Positions 15,072 to 23,922 of a stretch of 27,911 bases of DNA are shown piece after piece. Position numbers and translations under genes: made by a program. The notes beneath the pieces were generated by a model. That model had not been told where the DNA came from, made no database searches, and saw nothing but the letters and a program-made list of their open reading frames with translations. The first letter of the stretch is position 1. Each line of letters opens with the position of its first letter. The stretch is from a virus (taxonomy: Duplodnaviria; Caudoviricetes): IMG/VR virus record IMGVR_UViG_3300037354_000025, positions 1 through 27,911 of that record, one strand, 5' to 3'.

Positions 15072-16630
15072 GCGAACTCGACGGCCAGCCGCGAGTCTTT
15101 TATCCCCGCTGCCGCGCCATGCTTTCCATCGTCTTCGACGGATACGAGGCGGACCAACTCGGCTCGGTCGAGCGCCCAGAGATCATCTGGGTGCTGCCCA
15201 AGTCGTGCACCGTCCACTGCAATAAGTACAACCAGGCCGACTCGTGGCAGATGGTGTTCTCGGCCGTTGACCTTCCCCACGACCCGGCGACGGTCAGGGC
15301 GGGCGACGCTGAGATCTACATGTACGACGCTGGCAGCATGGACGATTCCACCATGGTGCTGTCGCGCCAACTGCCCAACCCGATCATGGGTGACGGCTCA
15401 TTCACGCAGGACCACGAGCCGCTCATCGTTGGCCTGTTCGACGAGCACAGCCTGGAAATGTCCAACGATGGCAAGTGGGTCACGCTGCAAGGGCAGGACT
15501 ACACCCAACTGCTGCTGCGCCACTGGCCACCAGCCAAGGGAACCCATCGTGCCCGGCGCATCCCCGTGGGACAGCGCCTCGACCACTGGGCGGCGGCCAT
15601 CCTCGCCGAGGTCGAGCCAACCGGAAAGATGCAGGTCAAGGTGGCCGGCGGATACGAGATGAAGGTTGGCCTGCCCGTTGTCGGAGCGTCCGAGATTGTG
15701 GGCCACAAGCGCGGGATCCCCATTCAGCAGGAAACTACCTACTTCGACGTCCTGATGAAGGTGTGCACGCGCCACGGGTACATTTGCTACGTGTCGGGCC
15801 TGAACCTCGTCATTGACAGGCCGAAGAACATCACCGACATCACCACCCACGACGTGAAACACATGGCGTGGGGCAACAACATCGAGAACCTGTCTCTCAC
15901 CCGCAAGCTCGGCAAGGAGAAGGTCCCCAGGCTCATCATGAAGTGCTGGGACGACGTTCGCAGGTGCATGCTCATCGTCGAGGTGCCCGATACGGGTCCG
16001 CACGCGAAAGAAATCGCAATCGCCAAGAACCCCTCGAAGCGAACCACGGATACCCAGCATATCAAGGCGGCCACCGCGGCGAAGTCAGCCAAGAAACCAA
16101 AGGCCACCAAGACCGTCACGCTCAAGGAATTTGACGAGTACGTGATTGTCCCCATGTACGGCATCCACAGCGAGGAGGCGCTCAGGCGTGCCGGCGAAGC
16201 TCGCAGGAACCTGCTCGGGCGCGGCGAGCGCAAGATTGTGTGCAAGACCCGCGACCTGGTCGATCTCAATGGCGTCGGGATCATGAACCTGAAGGCCGGC
16301 GACGCCGCCATGATTCACTGGCAGGACTTCAATTCGGAGACCTTCTACCAGAAGAGCGTCGAGGAGCGCATCGAGGTGCTCAAGGCGCGCGGGTATCAGC
16401 AGGACGTGGCCTACGTGATCGCGGAATCTTTCGAGAAGCTGGCCAACCGCAAGGAGCGCCCCATGCGCATCCGCGAGGCGACCTACAGCTTCGACAACGA
16501 CGGCGGATTATCCATCGAGATGGAGATGGTGGACTTCGTCACCGTCGAGGCCTCGAAGGGCGAGCAGGTTCAGATGGCGGTGGGCATGGCTTCGCGCCTG
16601 GGAATCTTTGCGCCAAGGAAAGTTCAATGA
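15068..16630 (+). CDS. Baseplate hub protein (Mu gp44 / P2 gpD / T4 gp27-like, 520 aa)
   Basis: GTG 15068. Motifs WVTLQGQDYT, TYFDVLMKVC..HGYICYVSG..LVI and WGNNIENLSLTR. Positioned before the spike. Confidence 0.8.
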   Translation: MSELDGQPRVFYPRCRAMLSIVFDGYEADQLGSVERPEIIWVLPKSCTVHCNKYNQADSWQMVFSAVDLPHDPATVRAGDAEIYMYDAGSMDDSTMVLSRQLPNPIMGDGSFTQDHEPLIVGLFDEHSLEMSNDGKWVTLQGQDYTQLLLRHWPPAKGTHRARRIPVGQRLDHWAAAILAEVEPTGKMQVKVAGGYEMKVGLPVVGASEIVGHKRGIPIQQETTYFDVLMKVCTRHGYICYVSGLNLVIDRPKNITDITTHDVKHMAWGNNIENLSLTRKLGKEKVPRLIMKCWDDVRRCMLIVEVPDTGPHAKEIAIAKNPSKRTTDTQHIKAATAAKSAKKPKATKTVTLKEFDEYVIVPMYGIHSEEALRRAGEARRNLLGRGERKIVCKTRDLVDLNGVGIMNLKAGDAAMIHWQDFNSETFYQKSVEERIEVLKARGYQQDVAYVIAESFEKLANRKERPMRIREATYSFDNDGGLSIEMEMVDFVTVEASKGEQVQMAVGMASRLGIFAPRKVQ

Positions 16631-17265
16631 GCCGCGTCTCCGCTCTCAACCGCAAAGGCGTCGGTGCCCGCAAGGTGGACATGACCCCGATGCAGGCCTT
16701 CATCGAGAAGGTGGTTTCGCTCAAGCAGCCGGCCCACGTCGGGCAGGTGTTCGAGCCGGAAGGCGAGGGTTCGTTCTGGGAGCGCGGCGACCACGGCGAG
16801 ATCCTCGTGCACGTGGAGACCTTCCCCGAGGGCCAGGATCTGACGTGCCGCCTGGGCTCGCTCTCTGGTGGCGCAGGAAGCGGCATCTGGATGGTTCCCA
16901 AGCCCGGGACCACCGTAGGCGTCATCTGTCCGAGCGGAGAACTCGACCACTATCCCTACATCGACGCCATTCTCGACTCCTGCGGAGCCCCCGAGCGCGT
17001 GAGCCCAGACCGGGCCATCTGGTTCTCCGACACGCCGATCGAGATTGAGACCCCCGACCTGCGGCTTGGCGACCACGCGGCCACCGAGCCAGTTCCCCAT
17101 GGGAACGAACTCAAGACCGCGATCGACACGTTTATCGACGCCGTTAAGACGTTCGCGACCGGCCTGAATGCAGGGACGCTCTCGGGTCAGGCAACGGCGC
17201 TCGTCGCTGCCCTCGAGGCCGTCAAGCTGCTCACCTACCTGTCGCCGAAGGTCAAAGTGGCATGA
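16627..17265 (+). CDS. Baseplate spike (gpV/gp45-like, 212 aa)
   Basis: OB-fold motif GAGSGIWMVPKPGTTVGVICPSGE and later LRLGDHAATEPVPHGNEL. ATGA overlap. Confidence 0.85.
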   Translation: MSRVSALNRKGVGARKVDMTPMQAFIEKVVSLKQPAHVGQVFEPEGEGSFWERGDHGEILVHVETFPEGQDLTCRLGSLSGGAGSGIWMVPKPGTTVGVICPSGELDHYPYIDAILDSCGAPERVSPDRAIWFSDTPIEIETPDLRLGDHAATEPVPHGNELKTAIDTFIDAVKTFATGLNAGTLSGQATALVAALEAVKLLTYLSPKVKVA

Positions 17266-17645
17266 ACCCTTCGATCTCCATCCCGGGCCACTTCTGCAAA
17301 CACGGCACCGGCGCGTCCTGGCAGTGCGAGATCGAGGCCCTGGTGTCCGACCTACCCCGCACCGTGACCGGGTTCGTATTCCACGCGCACGTCAAGTTCT
17401 CGAGCGCGGCACTGGTTCCGCTGGCTTCCATCTTCGTGGCCAAGGCCAACAAGCCTCGCACCGTTCCGTCCGCGGCTGCCACGGTCCTGCTCAACGCCAC
17501 CGGAGAGGGCGACGTGTTCGCCGAGGGCACGTTCGGCGACGCCCACCTTTCGACGGATCCAATCCTGATCTCCGTGTGCTCGGTGGGCACCGACGCCAGC
17601 GACGCGATCGACATCAACGACATCACCCTGGAGCTGGTCGAGTGA
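17262..17645 (+). CDS. Hypothetical beta-rich baseplate-region protein (127 aa)
   Basis: ATGA/GTGA coupling on both sides; GC3-biased. Confidence 0.65.
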   Translation: MNPSISIPGHFCKHGTGASWQCEIEALVSDLPRTVTGFVFHAHVKFSSAALVPLASIFVAKANKPRTVPSAAATVLLNATGEGDVFAEGTFGDAHLSTDPILISVCSVGTDASDAIDINDITLELVE

Positions 17646-18994
17646 TCGGCTCGACGTGGATCCCAGTGGACTCCCCTGTCGGCTACCACGGGACCGACCG
17701 TGAGGACGAGCGGTGGCTGGCCGACCTTCCCTTGGATTCGGTCAGCGGAGCCGTGCGGATTGACGTGGACCTGGCGGGCGTGTTCCTGGCCTCGACCGCC
17801 GACCTGCCCTACGAATTCAGGCTGCGCATTGGCGGAAATCGACGTTCCCCAGATGGCGAGCAGATCCTTTTGCTGACCGGGACCGGCGTCACGCAGGCCC
17901 AAATCGACGCTGGCGCCGATGGCATCGGCCAGGCCCACGCCGCCATGGACCTACTGCCGGTCACCGCACCATTGACGTTCAAGCTCACCGGGCGATCGGC
18001 CACGCATGGTCAGATGATTCGGATCAGGGGCGGCTCAGTCAGGGTACAATTCAGTCCTGTCAAGGAGCGACCCATGGGAGAGAGCACGATCAAGGGAACG
18101 GACATCTGGTTCGATATCGCTGGACCTGGCCAAGCCCGCCTGGCCGCACCGTGCGTCGGTCTTCTGTCTCACGGCGAAGGCGTTGGATTCGGAGCCCAGT
18201 GGCAGTCGGAGGCGGGAGGAACTTGGAGACTCGCGGGCGCAGCAGGCCCCCTCGTTCCGCAGGGTGGAACGGTGGGCACCCTGGACGGTGACAGAATCTT
18301 TGCATGGTCAAGCGTACCGTTTGGACCCATCGAGCCCCAGGCGTACGGTCCCTACGAGGTCGTCGATTGCGGCGATCACTGGGACGGCAACCCCGAGCAC
18401 GTCCGCGTATCGACGCAGCCGATCATCCGACGCGCTTCTGACGCCAATGCGGCCACCGGGATTCGGAGCGGGATGGTCGTCAAGATCGTTGGGCGCGGCA
18501 CTGTCGAGCACGGCGGCGAGTTCTTTGCGCTGACGACAATAGGACGGATCGTACCCGATGTTACTCCGCTGGCGTTCGCCATTCTGACCAGCTACACGGA
18601 GCCCGCTGCCCTCACGGTGGCAGGCGCGGCCGGCGAGCCGAATACGCTGGTCACGGTCTCGGGAGACTGGGCCCTGGTTGATGGCCACGAGGCCGTTGTC
18701 CAGAGCCTAACCCGGCGCTACCTCACCAGCCCCGGCGAGTGGAAGACCAAGCCAGAGTACGGCGCCGGCCTGCGCGAGGCGGCTCGCAAGAGGGCGCGAG
18801 GCTCGGACATCGCCGAGATCGTGAACCGCATGCGCCAGCAGAATTCCCTGGAAAAGAGAATCAGTCCGAAGAGCGAGGTGTCGGTGTATCCTCTTTCGGG
18901 GAACGTGAACGGCCTAGGATTCAAGGTGACGATCATCTTTTCCGACGACGTGAACGCAACGCCAAGAACATTCACAGGAGTAGTTCCAGCATGA
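17642..18994 (+). CDS. gp25/gpW-like baseplate wedge protein with N-terminal and inserted extra domains (450 aa; internal start at 18074)
   Basis: C-terminal GDWALVDGHEAVVQSLTRRYLTSPGEWKTKPEYGAGL is gp25-like. There is an in-frame AAGGAG-N6-ATG at 18074. Confidence 0.8.
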   Translation: MIGSTWIPVDSPVGYHGTDREDERWLADLPLDSVSGAVRIDVDLAGVFLASTADLPYEFRLRIGGNRRSPDGEQILLLTGTGVTQAQIDAGADGIGQAHAAMDLLPVTAPLTFKLTGRSATHGQMIRIRGGSVRVQFSPVKERPMGESTIKGTDIWFDIAGPGQARLAAPCVGLLSHGEGVGFGAQWQSEAGGTWRLAGAAGPLVPQGGTVGTLDGDRIFAWSSVPFGPIEPQAYGPYEVVDCGDHWDGNPEHVRVSTQPIIRRASDANAATGIRSGMVVKIVGRGTVEHGGEFFALTTIGRIVPDVTPLAFAILTSYTEPAALTVAGAAGEPNTLVTVSGDWALVDGHEAVVQSLTRRYLTSPGEWKTKPEYGAGLREAARKRARGSDIAEIVNRMRQQNSLEKRISPKSEVSVYPLSGNVNGLGFKVTIIFSDDVNATPRTFTGVVPA

Positions 18995-20124
18995 CAACCG
19001 CAGTAGCACCCAGCTTCGAAGACCTCGTTGGGATCTGCCAGGGCGTTGTCCAGCTCGAGCGCCCAGAACTCACGTTCAACGATGGCGACGTAACCCAGGC
19101 CTTTGCCCACGGCGGGGCGGCCATGAACGATGCCGTGATCGGCTACCTGGCCAACCGCCTGCGGTCCCTGTTCTTCGGGACATCCAAGGGTGACGACCTC
19201 GATACCCTCATCATGGACAGGCTCAAGCTCCCAAGGAACCTTGGGACGCAGGCCTACGGTCTTCTCGAAATATCGCGCACCGGAGGAACGGGCGCATCGG
19301 GAACGCTGGACGCCGGCTTCGAATGGTCCACCTCGCCGGACGCGGCGGGAACCACCATCACCTACACCCTGGATGTGGACCTTACCGTCTCATCGGGCAA
19401 CTTCTCAACCACGGCGGCGGCCCATTCGTCGGACTTCGGCACGGGCGGAAACCGCAGGGGGGACGGCACCCAACTCAAGGCCACGGCCGCGCTATTCGAC
19501 CCTGTCATCGTCTGCACCAACACTGGCGGCATGGCTGGCGGAACGTCCAGCGAGTCGGACGAAGACTATGTCGCGCGCGCCATCGGGTACTGGCTGACCC
19601 AGCGCCGCGGAACCCTCCAGGCCATCGAGCAGGGCGCCCTCGAGGTCCCCGGGGTCACCGTGGCCCACGCCATCGACGACACCGCGACGGGACTGTGCAT
19701 GCTCTACGTGAGCGACGGCGACGGCAACAGCACGCTCCAGATGGAGCACCTCGCGCGCGCCGCCATGGAGGTTTGGCGCGCTGCCGGCGTTCCCGTGACC
19801 ATCATTGGCGGCCAGCGAGCCGGCGTCACCTTGTCCATCTCGATCGACGAATACTCGGTCGGGTTCGATGTCGCGGCAGCGGCGCAGACCATCTCGGACA
19901 GCATCACCAATCGGGTCAACTCGCTCAAGCTCAACCGCGTCCTTCGGCTGGATTCCATCGTGGCCTCGGCGATCGCCCCCTACGCCCAGGACATCACAGA
20001 CATTTCCATCGTGGCCATCGCGATCAACGGGGTGGCGCAACCGATCGACCAGGACATCGTAGCGCCAGGCAAGCTCATCCGCCTCGACGCCACCGTGACG
20101 GTCATCGACGGAGGAGCCGCGTGA
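18991..20124 (+). CDS. Baseplate J / Mu gp47-like protein (377 aa)
   Basis: AGGAG SD. Motifs TSKGDDLD, GTGGN, GGTSSESDEDYVARA, RGTLQAIE...VPGV and RAAGV. Confidence 0.92.
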   Translation: MTTAVAPSFEDLVGICQGVVQLERPELTFNDGDVTQAFAHGGAAMNDAVIGYLANRLRSLFFGTSKGDDLDTLIMDRLKLPRNLGTQAYGLLEISRTGGTGASGTLDAGFEWSTSPDAAGTTITYTLDVDLTVSSGNFSTTAAAHSSDFGTGGNRRGDGTQLKATAALFDPVIVCTNTGGMAGGTSSESDEDYVARAIGYWLTQRRGTLQAIEQGALEVPGVTVAHAIDDTATGLCMLYVSDGDGNSTLQMEHLARAAMEVWRAAGVPVTIIGGQRAGVTLSISIDEYSVGFDVAAAAQTISDSITNRVNSLKLNRVLRLDSIVASAIAPYAQDITDISIVAIAINGVAQPIDQDIVAPGKLIRLDATVTVIDGGAA

Positions 20125-21239
20125 CCGCGCTGACCACAGAGCAGCAGGAAATGCTGGACCTCGGGCTCAACACGATCCCGGTCATCTTCCGGTCAGCGGG
20201 GCGCCAGCGTGAGGAGATGGTTGGATTTGCCGTGCAGGCTGCGGCCCTCAAGTCGGCCGTTTCAGACCTGCTCGACATGGCCCTACTGGGCACGGCGACG
20301 AGCGACACCGCGGACTGGCCCGACCTCATCGCGCAGGACTACGGCACGCGCAGGATGAACGGGGAGTCCACGGAGACGATGCGGATCCGTGTTCCGGCTT
20401 CTCCCACCGGGGTCATTCGCTCGGAGATCCTGCAGGCCATCCAAGACATCCTGGCTGGCGCTGGCATCACGGGAACGGTCGGCATGGTCGAGCTTCCCCG
20501 CGACGCGGCCTACGCCGGAACCTGGAGGCGAGACGCGGCCAGCACCGGCGGCACCTTCTCGGTGGTGTGCGAGTTTGTGCCAGCGGCGCCACCGGCCAAG
20601 CCGTTTGCGGCGGGAGGATCCATCGTCTTCTCAAATAGCGGTTCCAGCGGGAACGACGGCACCTTCACGATCTCGGCGGTGCCGACCTCGGCGGGCGTGC
20701 TGTTCACCAACGCCACCGCGGCATCGGCCGTGGACGCGGCCACCAGGTGGACCTACGCTGGCCAGTCTGGCATCGGCGGAACCTTCGCCGTGCGCACCAA
20801 GTTCACGCCCACCAGGCGCTTCGCTTACCCGCCCTACGTGGGAAGCGTCTCAGGCCTAATCGAAAGCGTGACCATCACGTTCTCGGGGTGCTCCGCAGCT
20901 GGGAACGACGGCACCTTCGCCGTCTCGGGACTGGCGGGCAACGCGGTCCTGCTGACCAATGCCACCAGCGTGGCAGGCGCCGACGCCACCGCCACCTGGA
21001 CCACCGACCGCATCGAGCGCGGCGGCGGCAGCGTCGAGGGCAGGGCCATGGCCTATGCTGACCGAGGCTATCGAGCGTGGCGAGGAGCCGTCCATCCGGC
21101 CACGTCGGCTCTCTACGGAATCATCGTGATCCTGCCCTACGGGACCACGGAAACGCTGGCCCGGTCGTGCGCGGAGCAACTGCGGCGCAAGAAGGCCGCG
21201 GGCATTCAGGGATTCGTCGAGCGAAGAACATCACCCTAG
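20121..21239 (+). CDS. Baseplate wedge gpI/gp48-like protein with duplicated inserted beta domain (372 aa)
   Basis: GGAGGAG SD before GTG. Motifs DLIAQDYGTRRMNGESTETMRIRV and C-terminal RKKAAGI. Two internal GNDGTF repeats. Confidence 0.8.
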   Translation: MTALTTEQQEMLDLGLNTIPVIFRSAGRQREEMVGFAVQAAALKSAVSDLLDMALLGTATSDTADWPDLIAQDYGTRRMNGESTETMRIRVPASPTGVIRSEILQAIQDILAGAGITGTVGMVELPRDAAYAGTWRRDAASTGGTFSVVCEFVPAAPPAKPFAAGGSIVFSNSGSSGNDGTFTISAVPTSAGVLFTNATAASAVDAATRWTYAGQSGIGGTFAVRTKFTPTRRFAYPPYVGSVSGLIESVTITFSGCSAAGNDGTFAVSGLAGNAVLLTNATSVAGADATATWTTDRIERGGGSVEGRAMAYADRGYRAWRGAVHPATSALYGIIVILPYGTTETLARSCAEQLRRKKAAGIQGFVERRTSP

Positions 21240-21246
21240 GAGCATC

Positions 21247-22386
21247 ATGGCCACACCGGTAAATCAGGGAACCAATCGAACCATCATCGACGACGGCGCG
21301 GCGATTACTTCGACCGACCTGACCTCGATTGGGAAGTTCTCAAGTCAACGCGCTTGGGATGCCCCTGGCTATGCAGGACTTCTTGCGTTTGACCTGGTCA
21401 ACTCCCTGTATGGAGACGTCACCAGCGGGGTCGCCGCAGCGTCGGGGTTGACCTCCGGGGTGTTCACCGTAGGCGGTGGTCTGGTCGCCAACAGCATTGG
21501 ACTTCTCAGTGGTGCCGGTCCTGGGTTCATCGGGATATGGGACGAAACTCGCGCTCTTCCTCCCTTGGCCAACGATTCCACTCCGCGCATGTCATGGGCG
21601 TGGGTTGGCAACTCGGACGTTGCGCACACTCACGCTGCGGCTAGCGCCGGAAACACGCGGTACGACCTCGTTCACTGCGCCATCGCGCGAACGAACCTGT
21701 CGGAGGCGCGTGACTTCAAGGACGAGGCCACGGGCGAGAGGACCACGCAGACGCCGGTCATCGCCGAGCAGATCGCCGTGGACATTCAAGTCACGCAGGG
21801 ATCACAAAGCACGGGGACGCCGACGCTTCCGGCGTTGCCAACCGGTCGCCACGCTCTCTATGCCGTGCGCGTGAGCGACACCGCAATCACGGAAGTTCAC
21901 GATTTTGCGATCCCAGTAGGGACGCTGAAGACCGTCGAGACGAACCCCGGCGGTCACATTTTCCTGGCCAATACCGGCGGTTGGGCCAATGCAGGTGGAG
22001 GTGTCGCATCGTCTGGCGCTGGATACTGTTACATCTCACCCCCCGATGGGCTACGCGGAAATCCGAATGCAAGGTTACTCGGAGTGCGCATCTATCACGC
22101 GCTGAAGACCGGTGACACCATCGATCTTGCCGACTACCCACTGGGAGTTGCTGGCGGCGGCACGCTGTTCGGACTGAGCAGCCAGACAACGATCAACAAC
22201 TCCGTCCATGACAGCCTCATCGACCTACGTGGATGGCCGGCGGCGACCTGGAAGTGGACACCAACGCGCGGACAGGGATCGACGAATCGCAACGGCAACG
22301 CTCATCACATACTGGCGCTGAAGGCGACTGCAGCGGGAGCCGGAAGCGTCATCTACGGGGTAACGTGGTACTTCATCGAGGGCTAG
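21247..22386 (+). CDS. Tail fibre attachment / minor tail protein (379 aa)
   Basis: AGGAG SD; first gene after the wedge. Segment AASAGNTRYDLVHC...VTQG...PTLPALP resembles proximal fibre proteins. Confidence 0.6.
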   Translation: MATPVNQGTNRTIIDDGAAITSTDLTSIGKFSSQRAWDAPGYAGLLAFDLVNSLYGDVTSGVAAASGLTSGVFTVGGGLVANSIGLLSGAGPGFIGIWDETRALPPLANDSTPRMSWAWVGNSDVAHTHAAASAGNTRYDLVHCAIARTNLSEARDFKDEATGERTTQTPVIAEQIAVDIQVTQGSQSTGTPTLPALPTGRHALYAVRVSDTAITEVHDFAIPVGTLKTVETNPGGHIFLANTGGWANAGGGVASSGAGYCYISPPDGLRGNPNARLLGVRIYHALKTGDTIDLADYPLGVAGGGTLFGLSSQTTINNSVHDSLIDLRGWPAATWKWTPTRGQGSTNRNGNAHHILALKATAAGAGSVIYGVTWYFIEG

Positions 22387-22811
22387 TCAGCGTGTCCGCC
22401 ATCCTTGCACGGAGGGTTGGCCTGGTCGCACCCGAGGCAGTCGGACCAGTGGTCCCGGCCGCCGCACGTGTACGTCACGCAGTTGACGACGACCTTATCA
22501 CCGCTCATCACACACAGGCCGTCGTAGCCGCAGTCGCACCACGCGCCAGCATCCCCGCGTCGTATTCCAGAGTAGATCCCGGCCTCGGGATTCATCCATA
22601 CCTGGGCGTCAATGCCGACTTGCCCCTGGGCGCCCCCGGTCCCCAGCGCGGCGGGTACGACATCGGCGCCTTCCGCGGATCCGCCCTGCCCAGCCGGCCC
22701 CCGACGTGGAGCCTGCGCTGCTTCCAGACCGGCGTCGGGTACCGCCTCGCCGCTGGTCGAGGAGCACCCAAGAAGCAGCGCAACGGCAATCAGGCGAAGC
22801 AAGGTTTGCAT
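22383..22811 (-). CDS. Cys-rich lipoprotein (142 aa), inverted moron
   Basis: MQTLLRLIAVALLLG|C lipobox, G/A/P-rich linker, and a C-terminal domain with 8 Cys. Its stop shares the CTAG at 22383-22386 with the convergent gene. Confidence 0.75.
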   Translation of the reverse strand: MQTLLRLIAVALLLGCSSTSGEAVPDAGLEAAQAPRRGPAGQGGSAEGADVVPAALGTGGAQGQVGIDAQVWMNPEAGIYSGIRRGDAGAWCDCGYDGLCVMSGDKVVVNCVTYTCGGRDHWSDCLGCDQANPPCKDGGHAD

Positions 22812-22924
22812 GACCCAATGATCCCACTTCCGCTTGAACCCGCAAGCTGGGCGTGCGTTCAGTTCGGCGGCGAGCACCATTCCGCCACATCACACCGCGC
22901 AGTCGGTGTATCCTGGGAGGCGCC

Positions 22925-23371
22925 GTGAACGCATCGCTGACATGCATCGTAGACGACGGGACAATCCCCTCCGATGGCACCCTGCCGCGCGTGCCGTTTC
23001 GCCAAGACCTGACGTGGCCCGAGGGGTACGGTGGAACAATCTCGTGCGTGGTTCAGCACGCAAGCGGGAGTGCCTACGACCTCACGGGGTGTTCCCTGGT
23101 GCTCGTGGTGCGAGAACACGCCGAGGACCCGGTGCCCGTGCTCAAGGCGACGGCCACCATTGAATCCATTCCGGTCGTCGGTGGCGGTGGAGCGGCGGGC
23201 AGCTTCGATTCTGTCGTGTTCGCCATACCGGTATTGCGGGAACTCGTTGCTGGCGTCACGTACTTCTTCGACGTTCGACTGGCGACCCCCGGGCCCGTCG
23301 CGTGGCAGGTGGTTCCGGCATCGAAGCTCACCCCGACGCTCGCCATCACCAAGTCGTGGGAGACCACGTAG
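22925..23371 (+). CDS. BppU-N-like fibre/baseplate adaptor domain protein (148 aa)
   Basis: GGGAGG SD before GTG 22925. Pattern AYDLTGCSLVLVVR...GVTYFFDVRL is typical of this Ig-like family. Confidence 0.65.
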   Translation: MNASLTCIVDDGTIPSDGTLPRVPFRQDLTWPEGYGGTISCVVQHASGSAYDLTGCSLVLVVREHAEDPVPVLKATATIESIPVVGGGGAAGSFDSVVFAIPVLRELVAGVTYFFDVRLATPGPVAWQVVPASKLTPTLAITKSWETT

Positions 23372-23378
23372 GACGGCG

Positions 23379-23918
23379 ATGGCCACTCCCGATCGCACAT
23401 TTCTGACCCACGACCTCGACGGTGACGGAAACGCGCTCGGCATTCGGAATATCGCGGCGCCAGAAGGTCTGGATGATGGCGCTCGCCTGCGCGACATCGA
23501 CCACGAGGTCAAGGCGACGCCCGACGATACGACCCACGGTGCGCTGATTGACGAGGTGGAGGGCGCGGGTGGCGTGACCATCGACGTGCACACCGTCGCG
23601 GGAAAGCCGAAGGTTCGGTTCACGGGTCCGACGATTCCTACTGGTGTCGGACTGAGCACGGAAGACCCTCTTGAGGACGGCATCGCCAACCCCGGCGATA
23701 CGTCCAGCGGCCAAGCCACGGCCAAGAGGCACGTTCACCCTGACAAGGACACGGTGGGCGGGGACCTGTACTTCATCGACGCGGTAGCTGCCGCGCCAAT
23801 CGTCTACTACGCGACCGATATCATTCCATGGCAGGGTGCGGATCCCAGATTTGGGATAGCCCCCGTGGGCGCCTGGGACATTGGCGTGAAACTGACCCAA
23901 GGAATAGGCCAAGGGTAG
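23379..23918 (+). CDS. Tail fibre-related protein (179 aa; possibly the 5' part of a split gene)
   Basis: AGGA SD. Fibre-like motifs IRNIAAP...DGA and PLEDGIANPG...KRHVHP. Confidence 0.65.
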   Translation: MATPDRTFLTHDLDGDGNALGIRNIAAPEGLDDGARLRDIDHEVKATPDDTTHGALIDEVEGAGGVTIDVHTVAGKPKVRFTGPTIPTGVGLSTEDPLEDGIANPGDTSSGQATAKRHVHPDKDTVGGDLYFIDAVAAAPIVYYATDIIPWQGADPRFGIAPVGAWDIGVKLTQGIGQG

Positions 23919-23922
23919 TTGG

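Noticed and set aside
9438-21239. Extracellular contractile injection system or tailocin
   Set aside because: Contiguous with portal, MuF, scaffold and capsid genes, so it is a phage tail.
22233-22928. 231-aa + strand ORF over the lipoprotein
   Set aside because: Shadow frame. The minus-strand lipobox and Cys pattern are far more convincing.
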